The notes: a model not told the origin generated them from the sequence alone. A stretch of DNA of 64,000 bases from an uncultured delta proteobacterium (GCA_963790475.1 CAWBOS010000012.1:1152001-1216000), one strand, 5' to 3'; counted from the stretch's first letter, positions 21,571 through 31,539 are shown. Made by a program: numbers and translations.

Positions 21571-24408
21571 TTACAAATCCATCTTGAAGCTGAAATTCAC
21601 AAAGCCGTCTCCATCCCGAACCTTCCATCCTGTCTGAATGACGAATTCAATGGGCAGGACGGCGAGCAGAACGAACTTGTTGGTCAATGTCGCCCCAATA
21701 GTTGTCCTGGCCTTTCCGTTCCAGGAATCCCAGTCAAATCCGCCGTCCCAGCCGGCACCATAGTCTACAAAAAGAGAGCCTTTCAAGAGGTTGCTGTGAT
21801 AGGCATAGAGGCCATATCCGCTATCAGTATAAAGGATCGGAAAATGGTACTCGGCACTCAGGAGAAGATTATTCCTTTTATCAAGGTTGCCCTCGGTGTC
21901 GGTGTCAGAGTACCCCCGCGGGAGACTCGGGGTTTTGCTGTAAAAAAGCAGGCCCTCCTGGGACTGTTGGGTCATGGTCAGGGCCAGGCCCTGGTGTTTT
22001 AAATAAGAGGGGATATACTGGGTGGCGGAAACAACCAGATTGTAGCCGGGGAGCTTCCCGCCCAAGCCGGACAGCCCCTTTTCATAAGAAAGGAAAAAGT
22101 CTTCCCCCCAGGAAGACACCATATCCCTTGATGCCGAATCCGGCCTTCTGGACAACTTCACCTCGCCAAAGAGTCCGACCGATTGATCCGCATCATCGCT
22201 TATCCGAACTTTATCAGCGAGGCTGTTGAAATACCGCAACCTGGACCCGATCCGTAACGAGAAAGTAATGAGGTCAGGTACGGCCCGAGGAATGATATTA
22301 AGTCCTGCGGAAAATTCAGCGCCCCTTTCCCGGAACCAGAAAGTCTCGACCTGGCCGACAGTATTCCCTTCAACGGAAGTGTCATAGATCCTGGCCGACA
22401 AAATGGGCCAGAAGGATTTATTGGTCAGGTTTATATCATACCCGGGCCTGCCGGAGTTAAACCCGTAAAGCAGATTCACCGAATAGACGTTTATTCCAAC
22501 TGGGTCCGCCCCCATGAGGTATAGTCCGGACTGAACCCCTTTTTCATCAGAGCTGAGATAAGGGATGTGGACAAAAGGCTTATAGGCCTCAAGGGGGATC
22601 CCTTTGGTCCCGGTAAAGGTGACCTCCGGCTGCAGAAGTTTTAGGTCCGGATGTTCGATGGCCGACGGTTCTTCCACTTCGACGGGTTTCCCTGATAGGG
22701 GGGTGAAAGGTAGAATACGAAGTTGTTTTATGCCCCTGGTCAGGAAGGAAAACGACAGCGTCTTCCCATCCGGCGATAAATGGGGATCGCCGGCCACGTA
22801 GGGGACTGAGGTTAACTGGAATAGCTTTTTCCCGGCCAGGTTCCAGGCATAGATGTTCCAGATTCCACTGCGGTCCGAGGAGAAGATGATCCATCGCCCA
22901 TCCGAGGAAAATTCCGGGTCCTGGTCTTCGGCCAGATCGGATTTGAATAGGAGTTCCATGGCGCCGGTCACAGGATCCACCAGGACGATATCGGAATTTC
23001 TTCCGCTCTTGACCACTGCGGCTATGCGGGAACCGTCGGGAGACCAGCAGGGTGCATCGAAATACAGGCCCGGTTTGGAGACAAGAGGCCGGAGGTTTGT
23101 CCCATCCGCATCGAGAAGCACCAGGTCGATCCACATGCCGTTCCGGCGGGTGGCGACAAAAGTCTTACCGTCCGGGGAAAGGGCCGCGGAATAGATATGC
23201 CGGGACCTGGTAAGACGATTATGTGCCTTGGTCATCGGATCATAGATCACCAGGTCCGTGGTATCGATGGTCTTCTCCCCCAGGGGATGATAAAAAACTT
23301 CGGGCAGAAGAAGTCGCCCGTCAGGGAGCCTCCGGGCGGAGAGATTGGTCAGAAGACCGGTTTTAATCTCCCTGATTATTTTTCCCGTATTCGGGTTGAC
23401 CTCTACCAGGGCAGTCTTCCGGTCATAGCCTCGCCTGAGGGCGGTAATGGTCCCCTTTTCCGTCCAGAAATGCGATTCAAAACTGTCCAGGGCCTGATCA
23501 TCGGTAAGAACAATCTTGCCCGAAGGAAGACCTTCTGAAAGGGCCTCTTTTTTGATAAGGCCTGACCGGGCCAGATAATCGCTTAAAAAATCCTGATAGA
23601 ACTGCTGCGGCGATTTCCCGACCACTTTTTGAAGGGCCTCGGTCGTTCCCCCCAAAGGATGCTCGGCCTGGTATCTGCTCATCCTGACAAAGGCATCCTG
23701 GCCATAAGTGCGGTTCAGAAACTCCACCATGTGGTACCCGGCCAGATAAATTCTTTCGCCCGGGGGGGCATAGGGAGAGGCCACAGCGGCGGAATTGAGG
23801 TTCCAGAGACCGGGACCTTCGGTGAAAGACCGCATTTCACCCTCAAAGAGAGGAGATCGACCGCGGCCTCCGTCGGTGAACAGGGTCTCTGTGTTGGTGG
23901 TGATCCCCTCTGTTACCCATCCCGGGGATAGAATGTTCGATACGGCCAGTCCCTTACCCAGGATGTCGGTCAAACCTCCATACCAGCCCAGACTGGTCGT
24001 GATATGGACATAATGGGTGTATTCATGGCTAAAGACCAGGTCCATGAGGTCCGATCCCGGACCGAAACCCCGTAGAGAATAGAGCGGTGTCTCATACAGG
24101 GATATCCTGCTGGGGAATAGGGACAGGTACCCGTTGAAAATGTCCGTGCCGGGGTCCAAAACGATCGGGCAGGCATGGGGCTCAAAGCCCAGATAACCAG
24201 TGATATCCTTATGGACCTTCTCACAGAGTGCGAGTACACGCTGGGCCGCAAGTTCGTGCCCTTTGGGGTAGTAGATAATAAAGTGGTCCGTTCGTACAGT
24301 GGACCATTGATACGCGGGGTCGTAGCGGGCAGAAGCCGGAAATGGGGAAAGGAGCATTATGGCCGCCCAGACCAACAAACCCGGCAAGTTCATTTTTCCG
24401 GATCCCAT
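21571..24408 (-). CDS. Exported protein: gluzincin peptidase-like domain + TolB/PD40 propeller + Omp85-like beta-barrel
   Basis: Signal peptide, HEYTH..WVTEG, repeated SPDG(K/S) motifs, C-terminal LPRGY / SAEYHFPI / LFVDYG amphipathic strands. Confidence 0.75.
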   Translation of the reverse strand: MGSGKMNLPGLLVWAAIMLLSPFPASARYDPAYQWSTVRTDHFIIYYPKGHELAAQRVLALCEKVHKDITGYLGFEPHACPIVLDPGTDIFNGYLSLFPSRISLYETPLYSLRGFGPGSDLMDLVFSHEYTHYVHITTSLGWYGGLTDILGKGLAVSNILSPGWVTEGITTNTETLFTDGGRGRSPLFEGEMRSFTEGPGLWNLNSAAVASPYAPPGERIYLAGYHMVEFLNRTYGQDAFVRMSRYQAEHPLGGTTEALQKVVGKSPQQFYQDFLSDYLARSGLIKKEALSEGLPSGKIVLTDDQALDSFESHFWTEKGTITALRRGYDRKTALVEVNPNTGKIIREIKTGLLTNLSARRLPDGRLLLPEVFYHPLGEKTIDTTDLVIYDPMTKAHNRLTRSRHIYSAALSPDGKTFVATRRNGMWIDLVLLDADGTNLRPLVSKPGLYFDAPCWSPDGSRIAAVVKSGRNSDIVLVDPVTGAMELLFKSDLAEDQDPEFSSDGRWIIFSSDRSGIWNIYAWNLAGKKLFQLTSVPYVAGDPHLSPDGKTLSFSFLTRGIKQLRILPFTPLSGKPVEVEEPSAIEHPDLKLLQPEVTFTGTKGIPLEAYKPFVHIPYLSSDEKGVQSGLYLMGADPVGINVYSVNLLYGFNSGRPGYDINLTNKSFWPILSARIYDTSVEGNTVGQVETFWFRERGAEFSAGLNIIPRAVPDLITFSLRIGSRLRYFNSLADKVRISDDADQSVGLFGEVKLSRRPDSASRDMVSSWGEDFFLSYEKGLSGLGGKLPGYNLVVSATQYIPSYLKHQGLALTMTQQSQEGLLFYSKTPSLPRGYSDTDTEGNLDKRNNLLLSAEYHFPILYTDSGYGLYAYHSNLLKGSLFVDYGAGWDGGFDWDSWNGKARTTIGATLTNKFVLLAVLPIEFVIQTGWKVRDGDGFVNFSFKMDL

Positions 24409-24686
24409 AAATCAGCTCATGGCTCCTTTCCCGAGACAGATGGCCCTATTCCCTCCCGGGTCATTTAGTCCGGTGGAACCGTCCCTAGTTGAAGGACTAT
24501 CATAATCCCCTGCATGCCTGTCGTCGTTGCGACCCCGGAAAACTCAGTCTTCGATTCTTCAAGGATGATTGCCGGTCTTCTCCGGCTTCAAATACGTATA
24601 CCCCTTCATCGGATTGGAATTCGGGACGCTCTGGAATGAATTGAATTGATCAAAACAGGGGAGCCGATTGACCCAGGCCACCCTGA

Positions 24687-25016
24687 TTACATCAAATCAT
24701 ATCCCGTTTCCAGCTTGGGAATGCCGGCGATCTTACAGGTTATAATGGGATCCGGAAACTGGATATATTCACAGGCCTTGGGTTGGTGGACGTTGGTACA
24801 GACCGCCCGGACGATGGGGACTGAATTGAATTTCTTATAATATTCTCGGATAAATTTCAAAATTTCCAATTGTTCGCTGTTCATTGGACAGGTTTTGCCG
24901 ACCCCTTCTCTATCGGCCAGGGCACAGGCAACCTTTTCATTCCAGGCATCAAAATTTACCAGATAGCCCTCGTCGTCTACCTTGATATTCATTCCTTCGT
25001 ACTCAAAAGTTGGCAT
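24687..25016 (-). CDS. DsrC/TusE family protein lacking the terminal Cys
   Basis: VDDEGYLVNFDAWNEKVA, ILKFIREYY, CKIAGIPK; ends ETGYDLM. Confidence 0.85.
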   Translation of the reverse strand: MPTFEYEGMNIKVDDEGYLVNFDAWNEKVACALADREGVGKTCPMNSEQLEILKFIREYYKKFNSVPIVRAVCTNVHQPKACEYIQFPDPIITCKIAGIPKLETGYDLM

Positions 25017-25154
25017 TTCCCCTCCTCATTTTATGTTGGTTAAGTCGGTCAGCCGTTTCGGCCACTTTTCAATTACCAAATTCAGGACGCTACCCAACTA
25101 AAATAAGAATGGAATGGACATAAGTCAATAAAAAGATTGTTGTATTAAGCAGGA

Positions 25155-25850
25155 TTATTTTTTTTTGAATCTCTTGATGATCTTCGGGATAAAGAGGGAA
25201 AAACTAAACAGCCCTATGGAGAGAAAGACCTTGTCTGAAAAGAGCCGACCCCAATCCCCACCAGCCCAGATTTCTTTAAGGGTACCGATAAAGAAGGTGA
25301 AGACAAAGGTGCCGACGATAATACCCAGCAGGGTTCCCCAAAAATAATCCCGGAAACGGACCCGGGTCAGGCCCATGCCAAAATCCATGGCCGTAAAAGG
25401 AAAGTAAATCAGCCGTAAATAAAGAACAGTGGCAAAACCATTTCGTTCGATGGCCTCGTCATATTTTTTGAGTTTATCCCCGATGACCGTGGCGGCGAAA
25501 TCCCTTCCCAGATATCGGCCTATAAAAAATGTAACCGTGGCCCCCAGAATGGCCCCGGCTAAAACATAGACAAATCCCCAGTAGGCTCCAAAAATCGCCG
25601 CTCCCAAAGCGGTTAAGACGGTGCCGGGCACAAAAAGACAGATGGCCAGGGTATAGATGAGAATAAAAATTACCGGTGCCCAAAAACCCGAAGCATCCAA
25701 GAATTGCTTCATTTTTCCTACCGTCAGGAATTCTTTGATCGGGGTATAACGAACCACATAAACAGCGGCCAGGATGAACATTACCAGTATGGCCGCCTTT
25801 ATCATGGCGCCTTTATGTCGTTTGGTCTTAATCTTTTCTTCTTTTCCCAT
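25155..25850 (-). CDS. TVP38/TMEM64 (DedA/SNARE-associated) membrane protein, intact copy
   Basis: FVPGTVLTALGAAIFG, FFIGRYLGRDF, LRLIYFPF. Confidence 0.9.
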   Translation of the reverse strand: MGKEEKIKTKRHKGAMIKAAILVMFILAAVYVVRYTPIKEFLTVGKMKQFLDASGFWAPVIFILIYTLAICLFVPGTVLTALGAAIFGAYWGFVYVLAGAILGATVTFFIGRYLGRDFAATVIGDKLKKYDEAIERNGFATVLYLRLIYFPFTAMDFGMGLTRVRFRDYFWGTLLGIIVGTFVFTFFIGTLKEIWAGGDWGRLFSDKVFLSIGLFSFSLFIPKIIKRFKKK

Positions 25851-25963
25851 TTTTCCCTTTAATTTTCCCAAAAACCTCTCAGGATACTAAAAAGAGTTAG
25901 GAATTGTTAAATATTAATATGCACCATTGCTGATTTTGAATTTCTTGCCCAAAGTTTTTTGCA

Positions 25964-26020
25964 GTCATTCCGGCGAAAGCCGGAATCCAGGAATATTAAT
26001 CGTCTTGGAGGAGTGACGGC
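25964..26020. repeat. Degenerate REP-like palindrome
   Basis: gtcattccggcgaaagccggaatccag hairpin. Confidence 0.55.
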
Positions 26021-26065
26021 CTTGGCGCCTTATTCAGATTCTGCCAATTCTAAAATGTCAAAGAC

Positions 26066-27094
26066 CTAAAAGGGGACTGACAATTTATTATCCGCGAAAC
26101 TCCTATTATAATACCGCGACGGGCCATCCCACACGCTCCACTCACTTTCACGGAAGATCCGCTTACAACTCTCAATCGTTTCTCCCCGGCCTTCCTCGGT
26201 CTTTGCCTCAACATCCCGCGGATTCGCGCCGACCTCCGCCCAAAAAAGGTTGGCCCCGGCTATTGCACCCAATGAACACGGCTCGTGGGTGCAGTTGCCC
26301 AATACTGTCCGCGGCATACCCAACCTGGTGACAGCAACGATCTGGGACAGGCGCAGTTCGGAGATCATGCCTCGTGAGGCAATATGAGTTCCGGGAATGG
26401 CTATGCGTCTTCCAGCGCCACTGTATGAAGGCTTGAAGGACCCCGTGAAGAGTATGGCTTCCGCCAGTTCATCGTTCGTATGTTCCGGTCCGACCGGTTC
26501 CACACAGGTTCCCACACCCAGCCCAGCCTCTTGGAAGTTCCGAATGCTGTTCTTTCTCGCGTTTGGCGACAGGGTAGTATCCAACCCTTCCCTCAGGCGA
26601 AGGGCGTGATAAACCCCGGAGTAGCCCGTTTTCTTGATTTGATTGGCATGCTCAAGGGACTGGTCCCCGACATTGGCGATCATCATGGTATCGGACTTCA
26701 AATTACGCCGAATTTCCTGAGAGATCTCGATAAACAATTCGAAGGGGTAGTGCGCGGTGGACATGATGTAAATGGCGTTGGCTCCTTCGGTTTCAAACTG
26801 CTTTGCATAACGGACAGCCTGCTCCGGGCTCAGCCGGGTTTCCTCCTTGAAGATGCCGTTGCTCTGTGCAAATGAACAGAATTGGCAGTTGCAGAGACAA
26901 GGGGCAAGGTTGAGTGCGAGTTGGGCATGCACTTCGGCTTTGTTCTGAGTCAGCTCTTTGGATAGACGATTAGCCTCAGCCATGATCTGGTAGGTTTCCG
27001 GGGAGTCCACGGGATAGCTTAACATCTGTACCAGTTCCAATTTCGTAAAAGGTTCATCCTCACCGGACTTCCGTAAAGAATTTTTGATTTTCAA
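26066..27094 (-). CDS. Radical SAM protein (BioB-like fold), copy 2
   Basis: CLCNCQFC (CxxxCxxC); TTG start after GGGGA RBS. Confidence 0.88.
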   Translation of the reverse strand: MKIKNSLRKSGEDEPFTKLELVQMLSYPVDSPETYQIMAEANRLSKELTQNKAEVHAQLALNLAPCLCNCQFCSFAQSNGIFKEETRLSPEQAVRYAKQFETEGANAIYIMSTAHYPFELFIEISQEIRRNLKSDTMMIANVGDQSLEHANQIKKTGYSGVYHALRLREGLDTTLSPNARKNSIRNFQEAGLGVGTCVEPVGPEHTNDELAEAILFTGSFKPSYSGAGRRIAIPGTHIASRGMISELRLSQIVAVTRLGMPRTVLGNCTHEPCSLGAIAGANLFWAEVGANPRDVEAKTEEGRGETIESCKRIFRESEWSVWDGPSRYYNRSFADNKLSVPF

Positions 27095-27142
27095 TATGGT
27101 CCCCCGTTTCTTTGTCAAAGATATGCGAAAAACCTGCCCCTG

Positions 27143-27290
27143 TCAACGACCGAACAGGCAGCCTAACACCCCTTTCTTTTCCGGTTCCAGCGAGGTCATT
27201 CCGAGATGTTTTTGGATAATATTCTCCAGTTCACCCTCGATCACATCGGCGCCTTCCACCACGATGTCATCATCCACTATGACCGCCGGT
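27143..27290 (-). pseudogene. C-terminal remnant of a second TsoC-like thioredoxin-fold gene
   Basis: PAVIVDDDIVVEG..LEPEKKGVLGCLFGR matches the end of 28856..29152; Sec-bearing N-terminus deleted. Confidence 0.85.
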
Positions 27291-27710
27291 CGCAAAACCA
27301 TTTCGTTCGATGGCCTCGTCATATTTTTTGAGTTTATCCCCGATGACCGTGGCGGCGAAATCCCTTCCCAGATATCGGCCGATAAAAAAGGTAACCGTGG
27401 CCCCAAGGATGGCCCCGGCTAAAACATAGATAAATCCCCAGTAGGCTCCAAAAATCGCTGCTCCCAAAGCGGTTAACACGGTGCCGGGCACAAAAAAGCA
27501 GATCCCCAGGGTATAGATGAGGATAAAAACCAGGGGGGCCCAGAAACCGGAGGTGTTTAAGAAACGTTTCATCTCCTGAAGGGTCAAAAATTCTTTGACC
27601 GGCGTGTACCGAACCACATAAATAGCAGCGACGATGAACAAAACCAGAATCGCTGCTTTTATTACAGCACCACTATGTTGCTTAGCCTTAATTTTTTTTC
27701 CGTTTTCCAT
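27290..27710 (-). pseudogene. TVP38/TMEM64 copy truncated after ERNGFAT
   Basis: Near-identical to N-terminal part of 25155..25850, fused to TsoC-like remnant. Confidence 0.85.
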
Positions 27711-27768
27711 TTTCTCCCTTTAATCTAACCCAAAGTCCATTCATGCCTTTAACTAAAAGAGTTTAAGT

Positions 27769-28806
27769 TTAAAAAAACTTAACAGATGCCGTTGGTTTAT
27801 TGTGCTCGGAGTCGATGTTGAAAAAACGGGAAGGGCCATCCAGTGCACCCCACTCACTTTCACGGAAGATCCGCTTACAACTCTCAATCGTTTCTCCCCG
27901 GCCTTCCTCAGCCTTTGCCTCAACATCCCGCGGATTCGCGCCGACCTCTGCCCAAAAAAGGTTGGCCCCGGCTATGGCACCCAATGAACACGGCTCGTGG
28001 GTGCAGTTGCCCAATACTGTCCGCGGCATACCCAACCTGGTGACAGCAACGATCTGGGACAGGCGCAGTTCGGAGATCATGCCTCGTGATGCCATTTGCG
28101 TTCCGGGAATGGCGATCCGTCTGGCCGCGCCGCTGAATGAAGGGTTGAAGGATCCCGTAAAGAGGATGGCTTCTGCCAGTTCTTCGTTTGAATGTTCGGG
28201 TCCGACCGGTTCCACACAGGTTCCCACACCCAGCCCAGCCTCTTGAAAGTTCCGAATGCTGTTCTTTCTCGCATCGGGCGAAAGGGTAGTATCCAACCCT
28301 TCCCTCAGGCGGAGAGCGTGATAAACCCCGGAGTAGCCTGTTTCCTTTATTTTTTTAGCCTGCTCAAGGGACTGGTCCCCCACATTGGCGATCATCATCG
28401 TATCGGCCTTCAAATGGCGACGAATTTCCTGAGAGATCTCAATATATAGTTCGAAGGGGTATTGGGCGGTAGACATGATGTATATAGCGTTGGCCCCCCC
28501 GGCTTCAAACTGCTTGGCATAACCGATGGCCTGGTCCGGGCTTAACCGAGTTTCCTCTTGGAAGATGCCGTTGCTCTGGGCAAATGAACAAAATTGGCAG
28601 TTGCAAAGGCAAGGAGCAAGATTAAGCGCGAGTTGGGCATGCACCTCGGCTTGGTTCTGAGTCAACTCTTTGGATAGACGATTCGCCTCGGCCATGATTC
28701 GGTAGTTTTCAGGTGAGTCCGCGGGATAGCTTAACATCTGTACCAGTTCCAATTTCGTAAAAGGTTCATCCTCACCGGACTTCCGTAAGAAATCTTTGAT
28801 TTTCAA
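27769..28806 (-). CDS. Radical SAM protein (BioB-like fold), copy 1
   Basis: CLCNCQFC; closely similar to 26066..27094. Confidence 0.88.
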   Translation of the reverse strand: MKIKDFLRKSGEDEPFTKLELVQMLSYPADSPENYRIMAEANRLSKELTQNQAEVHAQLALNLAPCLCNCQFCSFAQSNGIFQEETRLSPDQAIGYAKQFEAGGANAIYIMSTAQYPFELYIEISQEIRRHLKADTMMIANVGDQSLEQAKKIKETGYSGVYHALRLREGLDTTLSPDARKNSIRNFQEAGLGVGTCVEPVGPEHSNEELAEAILFTGSFNPSFSGAARRIAIPGTQMASRGMISELRLSQIVAVTRLGMPRTVLGNCTHEPCSLGAIAGANLFWAEVGANPRDVEAKAEEGRGETIESCKRIFRESEWGALDGPSRFFNIDSEHNKPTASVKFF

Positions 28807-28855
28807 TATGGTCCCCCTGTTTCTTTGTCAAAGATATGCGAAAAGCCTGCCCCTG

Positions 28856-29152
28856 TCAACGACTGAACAGGCGGCCTAACACCCCTTTTTTTTCAGGCTC
28901 CAGCGACGGCAGCCCAAGATGCGTTCGAATGATATTTTCCAGTTTATCCTCGGCTACATTGGATCCCTCCACAACGACTTCATCGTCGACCATAACCGCC
29001 GGGGCCACGGGCAGCTCCAGTTCAAAATATTCATCTGTATTGTATTCGGATATCGGTTTGGACATTACTTCGACTTCGATATCACACTTTTGGCCCAACC
29101 TGGGCAGCATTTTTTGAAAATTCTTTCAAGGTTTTCCATTAGGTTCGTTCAT
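28856..29152 (-). CDS. Thioredoxin-fold selenoprotein with NEPxGxxU motif (TsoC-like)
   Basis: ATG 29152 MNEPNGKP-UGA(29128-29126)-KNFQK in frame with MLPRLG...; downstream hairpin GCCCA-GGT-TGGGC. Confidence 0.8.
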
Positions 29153-29159
29153 AAAACTC

Positions 29160-29390
29160 AGGAACTAATCCTTCTTGAATTTCTTGATGATCTCCGGAAT
29201 GAATAGGGAAAAAATAAACAGGGCCAACGAAAGAAAACCTTAGGTCCCGGCAATGATTCCCAGGAAGGTCCACCAAAAATAATCCAAAACCGGACCCGGG
29301 TGAGCCCCATGCCTAAATTCATGACCGTAAAAAGGAAGTAAACCAATCGTAAATAGAGGACCGTGTAAAAACCGTTCCTCTCAATGGCTT
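29160..29390 (-). pseudogene. C-terminal remnant of a third TVP38/TMEM64 copy
   Basis: EAIERNGFYTVLYLRLVYFLFTVMNLGMGLTRVRF..IPEIIKKFKKD*, with frameshifts. Confidence 0.8.
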
Positions 29391-29701
29391 CAAAAGGTCA
29401 AAATCTTATCCGCCTCTTTGGCGATTTCATATAAATCATCCATCCAACCGATGGGGCAACTGCTTGATCCCTCCAGACCGTGGGATTTCATGCAGACCCC
29501 TCAGACATAGAAGTCCCCTCCAAATTGGTTGATCTGCTCCATTACATTGAATTGTTCCGTGCCAGCCTGTTCAAAAAGGACCCCCTTCCCCAGCATGAAC
29601 ACGCTGATTTCATCCCCCTTCTTCACGCCGACGTTAGCCAACCGCATGGCATTATAAATGGACTCTCCATCGTTGGTGGTAATGATAAACAAAAATTTCA
29701 T
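29390..29701 (-). CDS. DsrE-family selenoprotein (UxxC)
   Basis: MKFLFIIT..YNAMRLA..VFMLGKGV..DFYV-UGA(29503-29501)-GVCMKSHG..CPIGWMDDLYEIAKEADKILTF*. Confidence 0.88.
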
Positions 29702-29970
29702 GTTTTGACTCCTTTCAAAATTTTACCCGCCAGAAAAATATCCATTTTATCCTTATCGGTTGCAATATCGATGGGCACCAATTCATTTTCAAAAATTACA
29801 TTGGTCGAACTTTTAAATTGATACTTTTTTGCTTCCTCCGAGTCTGTGGTGTAGAAATTTAATTTTAATTGTTCTCCATACTTTTCTTCCATCGCTTTAG
29901 CCACACCTATGGCCTTTTTGCAAGTCATTCAGGCCGGGTTTCCGCTTTGAAAAACAATTAACCTTCTCAT
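29698..29970 (-). CDS. Thioredoxin-fold selenoprotein, SGNPxU / UxxC (TsoX-like)
   Basis: ATG 29970 MRRLIVFQSGNPA-UGA(29931-29929)-MTCKKAIGVA; hairpin GGCCAT-AGGT-GTGGCT with loop 20 nt after UGA. Confidence 0.85.
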
Positions 29971-30022
29971 AACCAACGACCTCCTACTGATTATTATTTA
30001 ATCTCTGAAGAATCCTTCTCTT

Positions 30023-30478
30023 TTAAATCCTTCCTTCCCGCTGAAGCTTGGTCATCAGGAAGTTTGCTCCGGATCGTGACATTCCAAGGAACTCCGCCAA
30101 TTGAACCGGGTCCGTTATTCGATCGGTCCTGAAGGCCGCAACTACTTCCTCTTCTACTTCGTCCAGCCAGTTTTCAAACAGCCCCAGAATTTCTGGTTCG
30201 GCCACCCCTTTAAGCTGTTTGGACTGAAAGACCTTATCCACCAGACTCTGGCACATGTGCGTCGGATCGACACCTTCGTCCATGCACTCGGCCAGTCAGA
30301 GGTGGACCAAGCTGGAAACCTTATCCGTATCAGCATCTCCTATCAGATTCATTACAAAATCCAAAGGGACCTGTTCCTCAATAAGGGGGAAGATCTTTTT
30401 AATGATAGAGGCCATCTCCTTCAAAGCTTCTTCTGGCGCCAACTGATCGATGATTTGTTGTAGAGTTTTATTTTCCAT
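30023..30478 (-). CDS. LULAxC-motif selenoprotein (TsoA-like)
   Basis: MENKTLQQ..SSLVHL-UGA(30298-30296)-LAECMDEGVDPTHMC joins two track ORFs in frame; C-terminal HTH-like segment. Confidence 0.85.
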
Positions 30479-30494
30479 ACCATCCTCCCCTTGA

Positions 30495-30830
30495 TTAAAA
30501 AGATTTCCGATTGGCCAATAAAACATCGGCCAGAGTTTGCAAGTCTCGCAGAATAGGAACAATTCGTTGATCCGCCATTTCGTAATAAATGAAGGGGCCA
30601 TTTCTTTCCACCTTAACAAGCAGCGACCTCTTCAGCTCTTTCAGGTGATGGGAAACCAGGGGTTGGGAGAGTTTCAACTCCTCCACAATACGAGAAACAG
30701 ATTCTTTCCCATTGCTTAATAACAGAAGAATCCTCAAGCGGTTCTCATCCGAAAGGCTTTTAGCCAAAAAAGCGATGGTGGACAGATCTTCGGCCCATTG
30801 TGGTTTTTCCGATCGTTCTGTTTTCGACAC
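30495..30830 (-). CDS. ArsR/SmtB regulator heading the selenoprotein operon (TsoR-like)
   Basis: KSLSDENRLRIL, LSQPLVSHHLKELK. Confidence 0.9.
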   Translation of the reverse strand: MSKTERSEKPQWAEDLSTIAFLAKSLSDENRLRILLLLSNGKESVSRIVEELKLSQPLVSHHLKELKRSLLVKVERNGPFIYYEMADQRIVPILRDLQTLADVLLANRKSF

Positions 30831-30984
30831 TCTTTTACCCTTTCTTTGAATCAGTTAAACTGCTTCTTGATGAAAAAAAATAGCCACCCCATTAATCATT
30901 TGCCAGGGCACGTTCCTTTTGGCTATTGTCAGGAGAGTCGTAGTATTTTCTCCTTACAAACACTTTATACATAAACATATTAAT

Positions 30985-31075
30985 TGTAATTTATATATTG
31001 ATGATTCCTTTGTCAAGAAAAATTTTTTTTCATAAAAAAATGCTTGACAACTGATTAAGTAATCTGCTAAATAGT
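30985..31075. promoter_or_regulatory. Back-to-back sigma70 promoters for the two ArsR genes
   Basis: Minus: TTGACA-17-TAAATT; plus: TTGACA(31044) then TGcTAAATA. Confidence 0.6.
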
Positions 31076-31107
31076 AAACAAAGACAAAAAAGATCAATCG
31101 GAGTATT

Positions 31108-31539
31108 ATGGAAATCCACTTAGATCCCCATGAAATGTTTAAAGTATTATCCGTGCCGACAAGGGTTAAAATTATGGAGCTATTAAAATCCGAAGGGCCA
31201 TTGGGGGTAAAGGATATTTCCGGGAAGATGGCCGTCACACCGGCGGCCGTGTCCCAGCATCTGAAATTGTTGAGGCAGGCGGGTCTGGTGACCAGTGAAA
31301 GAAAAGGGTACTGGATACCCTATTCGGTCAATGAAGCGGCCCTGGAAAACTATCGGCAGGTGTTCAATCAAGTCTGCACCTGCGGGTGTCAGGAATCCTG
31401 TCGGCTCAGCGAACGGGGATCGGAAAGGTTGAGTTTAGAGTCCCTGAAGGATTATGAGAAGGACCTGAAAAAGGAACTGAAAACAATCAAAGAAAGGATT
31501 CGAGCATTGGAATCTCAGGTGGCCACACAAGAGAAGTAA
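31108..31539 (+). CDS. ArsR/SmtB regulator with Cys-rich linker and C-terminal coiled coil
   Basis: FKVLSVPTRVKI, TPAAVSQHLKLLRQAGLV, CTCGCQESC, LKDYEKDLKKEL. Confidence 0.88.
   Translation: MEIHLDPHEMFKVLSVPTRVKIMELLKSEGPLGVKDISGKMAVTPAAVSQHLKLLRQAGLVTSERKGYWIPYSVNEAALENYRQVFNQVCTCGCQESCRLSERGSERLSLESLKDYEKDLKKELKTIKERIRALESQVATQEK

Noticed and set aside
27143-27406. 87-aa ORF as a real novel protein
   Set aside because: Chimera of an off-frame TVP38 segment and the TsoC-like remnant across a deletion junction.
30296-30619. 107-aa ORF starting at 30619
   Set aside because: First 47 codons mostly overlap arsR in another frame; the likely start is ATG 30478 after GGGGAGG.
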